A DNA stretch of 64,000 bases from Candidatus Latescibacterota bacterium (GTDB lineage Bacteria > Latescibacterota > UBA2968 > UBA8231). Under the pieces are notes generated by a model. It was not told where the DNA came from and made no database searches. It saw only the letters and a list, made by a program, of their open reading frames with translations. A program made the position numbers and the translations under genes. Shown here piece by piece: positions 56,451-64,000 of the stretch; the first letter of the stretch is position 1, and every line of letters begins with the position of its first letter. The stretch lies in the NCBI GenBank assembly GCA_965200315.1, contig OZ241362.1, positions 4,416,001 through 4,480,000 on the forward strand, written 5' to 3'.

Positions 56451-57173
56451 TTATGTCCACGGCCCTTGTAGCCAGCCAACGACTTTTTCGACCGTGACCT
56501 GCACGTGCTCGCTAAAGACGTGGTCGGCCCCGTCGATGACGACGAGTTCGGCGTTGTTGCTGGCTTGGGCGAGGATGTCGTGCGAGTCGGCAATCGGCAC
56601 CACATCGTCCTCGCTGCCGTGTACCAGCAACCAAGGCACTGCAATCGCGGCTCCGCGTCGCACCACAGTGTCGATTTGGGCCATGTCGTCCATATAGGCT
56701 TGCGAGAGCGGACAGTCTGGTTCGTCCCACATGTAGCTCGCGTCGGGCACCTCCGCGCCGAACTCGCGCTCGGCAAAGGCGCGGGTATGCACCATGCCCG
56801 CTAAGGAGACGAGCCGGCGGATGCGCTCGTCGCGGCTGGTGCGCAAGACGCCGACCGCCCCGCCCATGCTGTGGCCGGCATAGCAGACCGAGTAGCCGTC
56901 CAAGGCACTGAGCACCGCGCCGAGATCTTCAACCTCTTTGGAAATCGTCGCGTCGGCAAAGCGGCCCTCGGACGCGCCGTTACCGGCAAAGGAAAAGCGC
57001 AGCGCGTGGATGCCAGCGGCCGCTAGCCCCTCGGCGAGTGCTACGACAAACGGGCGGTCCTTGTTGCCGGTCACGCCGTGCCCCAAGACAGCGATGTGCT
57101 GCGATCCCGCCGCGCCGGTGTGGAACGTGTAGTCCAGCACTTCGCCGGACGGGTTGCGAATGGTTCCGAACAT
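56451..57173 (-). CDS. Alpha/beta hydrolase
   Basis: HGVTG, GHSMGG nucleophile elbow, HGSEDDVV, GADH; GAGGAGG RBS before ATG 57173 (track extends into the repeat). Confidence 0.9.
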   Translation of the reverse strand: MFGTIRNPSGEVLDYTFHTGAAGSQHIAVLGHGVTGNKDRPFVVALAEGLAAAGIHALRFSFAGNGASEGRFADATISKEVEDLGAVLSALDGYSVCYAGHSMGGAVGVLRTSRDERIRRLVSLAGMVHTRAFAEREFGAEVPDASYMWDEPDCPLSQAYMDDMAQIDTVVRRGAAIAVPWLLVHGSEDDVVPIADSHDILAQASNNAELVVIDGADHVFSEHVQVTVEKVVGWLQGPWT

Positions 57174-57224
57174 GTTTGTATCCTCCTCAATAAGGGTCTT
57201 TTTTGTACATAACGAGCCGAAGAA

Positions 57225-57764
57225 GTTTTGGGACAGACACATAGGTCTGTCCCTACGGTTTCGTATGCGGTCGTTTCCGTGTGAATGATTTATGTCTTCG
57301 TAGGGGCGAACCGATGTGTTCGCCCTTTTATCCGTTTTTCCAATCGGGTCCTTCATAAAGGGTCCGGCGATGACTGGGGCCAAATCCGCCGCCAAATCGG
57401 CTTCGGCGATCACCCCTTGGAGCCCGAATATCGCTGCCCACGGCTGACAGGTCTCGAATATCGTTGGGGTGTTCATAAAGGTTTTGGGACAGACACATAG
57501 GTCTGTCCCTACGGTCTCGTATTTTGCCGGTCTCGTATGCGGTCGTTTCCGTGTGAATGATTTATGTCTTCGTAGGGGCGAACCGATGTGTTCGCCCTTT
57601 TATCCGTTTTTCCAATCGGGTCCTTCATGAAGGTCCGCCGCCAAATCCGGCGATGACTGGGGCCAAATCCACCGCCAAATCGGCTTCGGCGATCACCCCT
57701 TGGAGCCCGCCCGCGTCGCGGCTGACAGGTCTCGAATATCGTTGCAACACCCTCCGGGTGTTCA
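57225..57764. repeat. Tandem duplication (about 256 and 285 bp), each unit with two GTAG-type REP-like palindromes and a gene fragment
   Basis: gggacagacacataggtctgtccctac (57230, 57486) and gtaggggcgaaccgatgtgttcgccct (57300, 57572); units start gttttgggacag at 57225 and 57481. Confidence 0.88.
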
Positions 57765-58940
57765 TAGCCGCAAAAACTCCCACGTCTGCCGCGCCACCAC
57801 TAGCTCCTCATCGGTACGCAGCACGTAAATGGGCACTCGGCTCGACGCAGCGTGTAGGCGGCCCTCGCCTTGTACGCGCTCATTTTTAGTCGCATCCATC
57901 ACCACCCCCAGAAATTCCAACTCGCGTAGGATTTCACCGCGCACGACAGCCGAGTACTCGCCAATGCCGCCGGTAAAGCTAACCGCGTCCAGCCCGCCCA
58001 TCTCCACCGCAAACGCCCCCAGCCAATCGCGTGCGGCCGTCGCCAGCACGGCTATAGCCAAAGCACAACGCTCGTCGCCGCTTTCCGCGCCCGCTTCAAC
58101 GTCGCGCATGTCGCTGTGCCCGCATATCCCCACAAGGCCGCCCTCGCTGGCGCACTGCGCCAATACCTCGTCCCACGCTCGGCCTTCATTGCGCATCACC
58201 AAGTCGAGGGCATACGGGTCCAAGTCGCCGATGCGGTTGTTCTGCGGCAACCCCCCTTGCGGGCTTAGCCCGTGCGACGCCCCCTGCGAGACTCCGTCCT
58301 TTATCGCGCACAGCGACGAAGACCCGCCCAAGTGCATGTTGACGTGTTTGAGATCGGCGCGGCCTGCCAGTTCCACGACCTTCTCGGCGGCGTAGCGGTG
58401 GCTGGCCCCGTGGAAGCCGTAGCGCTGGATGCCGTACTGTGCGTACCAAGCGTAGGGTACTGCGTACATTTTGCGCCGCTGCGGCATCGCGCCGTGGAAC
58501 GCGGTCTCAAAGCACCCGACCCGCCGCGCTTGGGGGGCCACCCGCGCAAATTGCCGGATCGCCGCCACGTAAGCGGGATTGTGCGCCGGGGCCAGCGGAT
58601 AAAAGTCCTCCATGCGCCCGACGACGTCCTCGTCGAGCTCGACCACCCCGGAAATAGCGCGCGCGTGGACGGCCTTAAACCCCACGGCGTCCAACTCCTC
58701 CACCGAAGCCAACACCCCGCCCGCGGCCAAGCACCCGAGGGCCTCGTCAATCGCGCTGGCGTAGTTGGGCAGCTCTACGGCCTCCTCAACCTCGTCGGCT
58801 GCGCCGAACTGGAAGGTGTGGACCGCGCCTTGGCCGCCGATTCGATCCATGCCGCCCCGCGCCAAAACCACTTCCTCGGGCATGGCAAAGACCTTGTACT
58901 TAAACGAGGTACTGCCGAGATTGGAAACTAGGATTTTCAT
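57762..58940 (-). CDS. ackA: Acetate/propionate kinase
   Basis: NLGSTSFKY, LAPAHNP, FETAFH, RYGFHGASH, HLGGSSS, FTGGIGE, TDEELVVA. Confidence 0.93.
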   Translation of the reverse strand: MKILVSNLGSTSFKYKVFAMPEEVVLARGGMDRIGGQGAVHTFQFGAADEVEEAVELPNYASAIDEALGCLAAGGVLASVEELDAVGFKAVHARAISGVVELDEDVVGRMEDFYPLAPAHNPAYVAAIRQFARVAPQARRVGCFETAFHGAMPQRRKMYAVPYAWYAQYGIQRYGFHGASHRYAAEKVVELAGRADLKHVNMHLGGSSSLCAIKDGVSQGASHGLSPQGGLPQNNRIGDLDPYALDLVMRNEGRAWDEVLAQCASEGGLVGICGHSDMRDVEAGAESGDERCALAIAVLATAARDWLGAFAVEMGGLDAVSFTGGIGEYSAVVRGEILRELEFLGVVMDATKNERVQGEGRLHAASSRVPIYVLRTDEELVVARQTWEFLRL

Positions 58941-58993
58941 CTTAGACGCGATGGGTTAGTAGCTAGGGGGACCTGATCCCGAACCACTGCTTC

Positions 58994-60193
58994 TCATGGC
59001 CGCGCCGGGCTGCCGTCGGGCAAGCGCGTCTGTGTCCACCCGATGACCTCGTCTGCACAAGGATACTTGGCAGCCAAGTCCTCGTCGATGTCGATCCCCA
59101 ACCCCGGTCCATCGCTCGGATACATGTACCCGTTGCGCACCTCGGGCAGCCCCGGAAACATTTCGTACACGTGCTCGGCGAACCGGCACCACTCCTGTAT
59201 CCCGAAATTGGGTGCCCACAAGTCCAAGTGCAGGTTGGCCGCGTGTCCCACCGGCGAGGTGTCGCCCGGGCCGTGCCAAGCCGTGCGCACCCCGTACATC
59301 TGCCCGAAGGCCGCCACATTGCGCGCCGGGGTGATCCCGCCCATCTGGCTGACGTGCATGCGCATGAAGTCGATGAGCCGCCCCTCGATGAGCGGCGTCC
59401 ACTCAAGCGGATGATTGAACAGCTCGCCCATGGCCTGCGGCGTCGCGCACTGCTGGCGGATGTGGCGAAACCACTCAATGTCTTCGGGGGCTAGCGCGTC
59501 CTCCAAGAAGAACAGCTTGAACTCCTCCACGTCCTTGGCAAAGCCCACCGCCTCAACAGGGTGCAGCCGCTCGTGGATGTCGTGCAGCAGCTCCACTTCA
59601 AAGCCCAGCTCGGCGCGGATGTGCTCAAACATCCGCAAGTGGTTCAGCATGTACTCTTTGCGGTTGTAATACGCGCCTTCGGGCGCACCCTCGGGTTTGA
59701 CCAAGATCGATGCCTTGCCGCCGTAGCCGCCCATCTGGCAGCGGATGTAGCGATAGCCTTGCTCTTGGAACTGGCGGATGCTATCGACGACAGCCTCGGG
59801 CGTCTCGCCACCCGCGTGGCCGTACACCGCCGCGCCTTCGCGGCACTTGCCGCCCAAAAGCTGATAAACCGGCATCCCCGCCCGCTTGCCCTTGATGTCC
59901 CACAGTGCCTGATCGACGCCAGAAATGGCGTTGTTGAGCACCGGGCCGTTGCGCCAATAGCCGTTGACCATCAACATCTGCCAAGTCTCCTCAATGCGGT
60001 CCACGTCGCGGCCAATGAGGAAGGGCTTGAGGTGCTGTTCGATGGCCGTATGCACGGCGTGGAAGCGCTGGGTAAAGGTCGCGCAACCAAGTCCGTACAG
60101 ACCGTCGTCCGACGTGACGATCTTGACGATGACCAAGCGGGAGCCGGCCGGTTGGGTGAGAATGGTTTGGACGTCCTTAATCTGAACGGGCAT
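58994..60193 (-). CDS. Enolase-superfamily sugar-acid dehydratase (ManD/RspA-like, mannonate/gluconate subgroup)
   Basis: YWRNGPVLNNA, ALWDIKGK, LLHDIHER, FFLED, MGE, WHGPGD, PGLGID. Confidence 0.92.
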   Translation of the reverse strand: MPVQIKDVQTILTQPAGSRLVIVKIVTSDDGLYGLGCATFTQRFHAVHTAIEQHLKPFLIGRDVDRIEETWQMLMVNGYWRNGPVLNNAISGVDQALWDIKGKRAGMPVYQLLGGKCREGAAVYGHAGGETPEAVVDSIRQFQEQGYRYIRCQMGGYGGKASILVKPEGAPEGAYYNRKEYMLNHLRMFEHIRAELGFEVELLHDIHERLHPVEAVGFAKDVEEFKLFFLEDALAPEDIEWFRHIRQQCATPQAMGELFNHPLEWTPLIEGRLIDFMRMHVSQMGGITPARNVAAFGQMYGVRTAWHGPGDTSPVGHAANLHLDLWAPNFGIQEWCRFAEHVYEMFPGLPEVRNGYMYPSDGPGLGIDIDEDLAAKYPCADEVIGWTQTRLPDGSPARP

Positions 60194-60227
60194 GATGTCT
60201 CCTTGTTAGCGGTGAAAATCAAGGGGT

Positions 60228-60257
60228 ATTCTGCACACCGGCCCGCGTTTTTGTCAA
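60228..60257 (-). promoter_or_regulatory. Sigma70-like promoter for the dehydratase-ackA unit
   Basis: Minus strand TTGACA-N18-CAGAAT with TG just upstream of -10; AAGGAG RBS downstream. Confidence 0.5.
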
Positions 60258-60308
60258 GGGTGCGCCGTCCTTGTCGGGGCGGGCGGCGACGGTTAGCTTA
60301 GTCCCTTC

Positions 60309-61118
60309 ATGTACTGGCTACAAGCACTCATCTTAGGCCTAGTCCAAGGTCTGACTGAATTCCTGCCCATCAGCAGTACGGCGCACCTGCGAGTAGTGCC
60401 TCATTTTCTCGGCTGGGACGATCCAGGTGCGGCGTTTTCCGCGGTGATCCAACTGGGAACGCTTGCGGCCGTATTCGCGTATTTCACGGCCGATGTCAAA
60501 AGGCTGGTCGTCGCCGCGCTGCAAGGGGCACTACACCGCAACCTCAATCACAGCCCAGACTGCCGCATGGCGTGGTCCATTGCCGTGGGCACCATCCCCA
60601 TTGCCGTGCTCGGCCTCGGGGGGCGCGACTTTATCGAGACCGAGGCGCGTCAGCTTCCCCTCATCGGAGCGAGCTTGATCGTCCTCGCGCTGTTTTTGAT
60701 ACTGGCCGAGCGCGTGGGGCGGCGCGAGCGCACCATGCAGGCTCTGGGCTTCTGGTCGATCCAGTTCATTGGCCTGTGTCAAGCTCTCGCCCTGATTCCC
60801 GGGTGTTCGCGGTCTGGCTCAACCATCATGGGCGGGCTTTTCGTGGGGCTCCAGCGTGCCGATGCCGCCCGCTTCTCCTTCTTACTCGGCCTGCCAGCCA
60901 TTGGTGCCAGCGGTCTCCTGCAACTATTCGCCCTGCTTGAAGGAGGCCTAGGGGGTGCCGGGCTGCTGAATTTGGGGTTGGGGATCCTCGCGGCCGCGAT
61001 TAGCGGCTACCTGTCCATCGGTTTCTTACTCCGCTTCCTCCAGCGCCACGGCACGTACTCATTTGCCGCTTATCGCATCCTGCTCGGCGGTCTCATTTTC
61101 TACTCACTGTACGGCTAA
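60309..61118 (+). CDS. uppP: Undecaprenyl-diphosphate phosphatase (BacA)
   Basis: LGLVQGLTEFLPISSTAHL, ALIPGCSRSGSTI, AARFSFLL. Confidence 0.96.
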   Translation: MYWLQALILGLVQGLTEFLPISSTAHLRVVPHFLGWDDPGAAFSAVIQLGTLAAVFAYFTADVKRLVVAALQGALHRNLNHSPDCRMAWSIAVGTIPIAVLGLGGRDFIETEARQLPLIGASLIVLALFLILAERVGRRERTMQALGFWSIQFIGLCQALALIPGCSRSGSTIMGGLFVGLQRADAARFSFLLGLPAIGASGLLQLFALLEGGLGGAGLLNLGLGILAAAISGYLSIGFLLRFLQRHGTYSFAAYRILLGGLIFYSLYG

Positions 61119-61135
61119 TTCCAACGGAGCTATTC

Positions 61136-61912
61136 ATGTATCCCAACAACCTGAAAGCGCGTTTGCGCAGCGGTGAAATCATCCTCGGTACCAGCCTGTC
61201 GGCTCCCACCCCACACGTAGCCGGGTTGATCATCTCCACCGGCCCCGATTTTATCTGGGCCGACACCGAGCACATGCCCCACGCCACCGAAGCGCTCGAC
61301 TCAATTTTGGTGCTGGCGCGGATGCGCGGCGTCGCGCCCATGGTGCGCGTGGCGTGGAACGACCCGGCGCTAATTAAGAAGGCGTATGACGCGGGCGCTG
61401 TAGCCGTGATGGTGCCCCAAGTCGATACAGCCGCAGAGGCGGCCGCCGCAGTAGAGGCCGCCCGCTACGCGCCCGCAGGCCGGCGCGGTCTCTCGCCCAT
61501 GTGGACCCACATCGCCGGCGCGGACTGGAACGAAGTCATCAAAACCGCCAACGAGGAAACGCTCGTCGTCCTCCAGCTCGAAAGCCAACGGGCCTACGAC
61601 AACTTGGACGAAATCAGGCGCGTGCCCGGCATTGACGTGATTTTCGTCGGGCCGTTGGATCTGTCGGCGACCGTAGGGACGATCACCGACACCGGGTCGC
61701 GGCAAGTGCAGCAAATCATGCGCGACGTGCCGCAACAGCTAGCGGACACGGGAATCGCCGTGGGCACTACGCTGACGGACGTGTCCGATATCCAAGAGAA
61801 AATTCGCTGGGGCTATCGCTTCCTCAATGTCGGCAATGCCCTCCGCTACGGAGTACAAGTCCTCGCCGATCACCTAGCGACTTTGCGCACCGATCCACGC
61901 GGAGACGAATAG
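61136..61912 (+). CDS. HpcH/HpaI aldolase family protein
   Basis: DTEH, VRV, DAGAVAVMVPQV, RYAPAGRRG, QLES, FVGPLDLS. Confidence 0.93.
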   Translation: MYPNNLKARLRSGEIILGTSLSAPTPHVAGLIISTGPDFIWADTEHMPHATEALDSILVLARMRGVAPMVRVAWNDPALIKKAYDAGAVAVMVPQVDTAAEAAAAVEAARYAPAGRRGLSPMWTHIAGADWNEVIKTANEETLVVLQLESQRAYDNLDEIRRVPGIDVIFVGPLDLSATVGTITDTGSRQVQQIMRDVPQQLADTGIAVGTTLTDVSDIQEKIRWGYRFLNVGNALRYGVQVLADHLATLRTDPRGDE

Positions 61913-62016
61913 AGGTGGGTTGTGGTCGCCGCCGTGGAGATAAAAAATTTGGAATCGGCCGGGAATAATGGTACTTTAACGAGCAGTATCCACTCTTTTT
62001 TTAAGGAGGTGCCCTT

Positions 62017-62422
62017 ATGAAACAGCGGATGCTAATGGCCGGCGTTGCTCTCGCGTTCGCCAGCGCGGCTTGGGCGCAATGTCCTCACGGTGCCCCGCTT
62101 CTGGCACCGGACAACGTAAGGGTCAGCCTTGCCAGCCCCCAGTCCCAGTTCGTGCTAGTCGAGTGGGAGGAGGTCGAAGACGCGACCCGCTACGCGATCT
62201 ATTTGCAGGTTTTCGACCCCGATGAGATCGAAGTCGAAGCCGGTGGAGAGATCGTTGAGCCTGCCGAAACACAGCCCGACTTTGTGCCGTGGGGCCACGT
62301 GGAAGCCTTGCCCGATCGGGATCGGTACAGTATGGAATTCCGCCCGCTGGGTTGCCCCTCAGATAAGCACGGCTGTTGAGGCCGTGCCTTGGGGTCAAGT
62401 CAAAGCGACAGCCGCCGAGTAG
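62017..62422 (+). pseudogene. Secreted protein whose C-terminal TAVEAVPWGQVK motif is out of frame
   Basis: AAGGAGG RBS, signal peptide (AAWA-Q), Fn3-like APDNVRV..VEWEEV...YAIY; motif and TAG (62420) in a different frame from the ATG. Confidence 0.7.
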
Positions 62423-62448
62423 GACGCTTGCCTCATTAGCTGTTCTGA

Positions 62449-62482
62449 CCTCGCCGAGCGCACTGTTCGGCGGGGTTTTTTT
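62449..62482 (+). terminator. Rho-independent terminator
   Basis: cctcgccgagc-gcact-gttcggcgggg followed by T7. Confidence 0.85.
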
Positions 62483-62531
62483 GTGGCGCGAGTTCATCGA
62501 ATCCCATCCACCTCTAATACCGGAGCATACT

Positions 62532-63392
62532 GTGGAATCATTGCTAGCCAATCCTCGGTTGAGCCGCTTTGACCCGCTCGAGCGCATTCTGTGCTACGAC
62601 GATTTCGACGCCGGACTAAACGGCTGGACCGGACTGATCGGCAATTACGAAGACTCGCTCGACACCATGCTGCCCGATTACCAAGACCTGCGCCCCCCCA
62701 TGTTGAGCAACCTGACGATGTGGGACACGGGCACGGCTGGCTCGCTGGAAGGCACCTATGCCCTCAAGCTGGCCACCCGTCCGCAGACCGGCGGTCTGTC
62801 CGTAGGCATCAAGCGGCACACCTTTCGGGCGCTGGGCCAAGTGCAGTTGGAGTGCTATTTCGCGTTCAAGCCCGAAGCGTCCGAACTCAAGCTCGGCGAA
62901 ATGGATGTCCGCGCTTGGGGTGTGCTCTTCGACGTGCAGGACGGCAATCCCCAAGGGCGGCGCTGGATGCCTCACTTGCGCTACCTCAACGCCGAGAGCG
63001 GCCAGCGGCAAGGGCGCTGGCAGACTAAGCCCACCACTCGGTCGGTACAGCCCATTGGCCAAAGCGGCAACACGGTGTCGCATTTCCACTTGGGGCCAGA
63101 GGGCTGGGAGGATGTGCCAGCCGAGCCGCAGCTTTTGTGCTACAACGAAATCGCCACCAAAATGAACTGGCACTATCTGCGCGTCGGCTTGGACCTCAAA
63201 AGGCGGGCCTTCACCGGGTTTCAGTGCAACGACCAGACCTTTGGGCCGGAGGGAATGCACTGCATTGAGCTGCCGGCCATGGCCAATCTGTGGTGTATGC
63301 TCAACGCGGCCTTTTGGGTCGAAGCCGACATGGATAAACGGGCCTTTCTCTACATCGACTCTGTGTTGTTATCCGGGGAGTTTGTACAATGA
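62532..63392 (+). CDS. DUF6772-like protein
   Basis: LSRFDPLERILCYDDFDAGLNGW, WDTGTAGSLEGTYALKLAT, NEIATKMNWHY; GTG 62532 after GGAG; family name from recall. Confidence 0.65.
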   Translation: MESLLANPRLSRFDPLERILCYDDFDAGLNGWTGLIGNYEDSLDTMLPDYQDLRPPMLSNLTMWDTGTAGSLEGTYALKLATRPQTGGLSVGIKRHTFRALGQVQLECYFAFKPEASELKLGEMDVRAWGVLFDVQDGNPQGRRWMPHLRYLNAESGQRQGRWQTKPTTRSVQPIGQSGNTVSHFHLGPEGWEDVPAEPQLLCYNEIATKMNWHYLRVGLDLKRRAFTGFQCNDQTFGPEGMHCIELPAMANLWCMLNAAFWVEADMDKRAFLYIDSVLLSGEFVQ

Positions 63393-63730
63393 ATATGCGC
63401 CAGAGCCACACCGCCGTCGTAGAGCGCAATCAGCGCTGGGAGGGCGACTTTATCACCGAGCCGTACGAGGTGGGTTGGAGCCACGAGGCGATTTTCTTCG
63501 TGCGCCTACTCAAGATCGAAGGCTCCCCTAGGGTTTCCGTTTCCGCACGGGTGCAGATATCGCCCGACGGCATCCACTGGTGCGACGAAGGAGCGCGTAT
63601 CCTCTTCCCCGCACAGCAGGATACGCTGTCCTTTGTGCGGGTGTCGCACTACGGAGGTTGGTTGCGCTTGATCGGGGCGGTGGATGGCGGTCGCGCTTGG
63701 GCACTCGTCCATCTGGCACTCAAAGCGTAA
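63389..63730 (+). CDS. DUF6385-like small protein
   Basis: TAVVERN, TEPYEVGW.HEAIFFVR, VQISPDGIHWCDEG, HYGGWLR; ATGA overlap with upstream gene; family name from recall. Confidence 0.65.
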   Translation: MNMRQSHTAVVERNQRWEGDFITEPYEVGWSHEAIFFVRLLKIEGSPRVSVSARVQISPDGIHWCDEGARILFPAQQDTLSFVRVSHYGGWLRLIGAVDGGRAWALVHLALKA

Positions 63731-64000
63731 GGCAGGGCCGGCGGTATTGATTGAGAAGCCTTCTGAAACCCCCCCTTAGCCAACGAATTCCGCGAGCATG
63801 CCAAAACCCGCGGCGGCTCGCAGATTTTTGGCACGACGCACCAACCTTATTTCGTCGATGCTTTAGAGCCGCAAGAAGTCTGGATTCTGGAAAAAGGCGA
63901 AGACGGCTTTTCGACGATCCTATCGTCAACAACATGGTCGAAGCGGAGTTGCCGTTGGGCGGCCTCTGGTATAGCGACTATCTCGACGCGAGGTAATTGG

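Noticed and set aside
57174-57476. 100-aa N-terminal extension of the alpha/beta hydrolase
   Set aside because: Runs through REP palindromes; a strong RBS precedes ATG 57173
57225-57764. CRISPR array
   Set aside because: Intervening sequences are themselves duplicated rather than unique spacers, and no cas genes are present
422-63935. Numerous antisense and alternate-frame ORFs in the track (e.g. 43643-44590, 18513-19367, 54660-55472)
   Set aside because: Shadow ORFs expected in GC-rich coding DNA; they overlap well-supported genes and lack motifs
63751-63996. 81-aa ORF at the window end
   Set aside because: TTG start without RBS and no recognisable motif

Overview
GC-rich bacterial window with no rRNA, tRNA, CRISPR array or intact transposase seen. 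The gene repertoire (DUF6785-type transporter, FlgD-Ig paralogues, C-terminal TAVExxxWGxVK motif, several PhyH, Uma2 and ASPIC/UnbV genes) suggests a Latescibacterota/Poribacteria-like organism (inference). Housekeeping genes are sucAB, ackA and uppP, scattered among sugar/sugar-acid catabolic genes and many decayed fragments. Top observations: (1) an ASPIC/UnbV FG-GAP beta-propeller gene (38534->35868) read through one in-frame UGA followed by a well-formed bacterial SECIS-like hairpin, i.e. a candidate selenoprotein, in a window that also has an ASPIC gene next to a pentaheme-TPR gene; (2) a 16-kb envelope cluster (membrane transporter, three secreted FlgD-Ig paralogues all ending in VAY, a probable outer-membrane barrel with Ca-binding-like loops, a protein with a candidate C-terminal sorting motif, lipoprotein, PPIase, TPR lipoprotein) that looks like an uncharacterised surface or uptake machine; (3) a Uma2 gene flanked by a 20-bp duplication of the next gene's start; (4) strong apparent depletion of CCWGG with abundant C->T derivatives; (5) a tandem GTAG-REP/DUF499-fragment duplication. 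Family assignments come from motif recognition by eye, not database searches.
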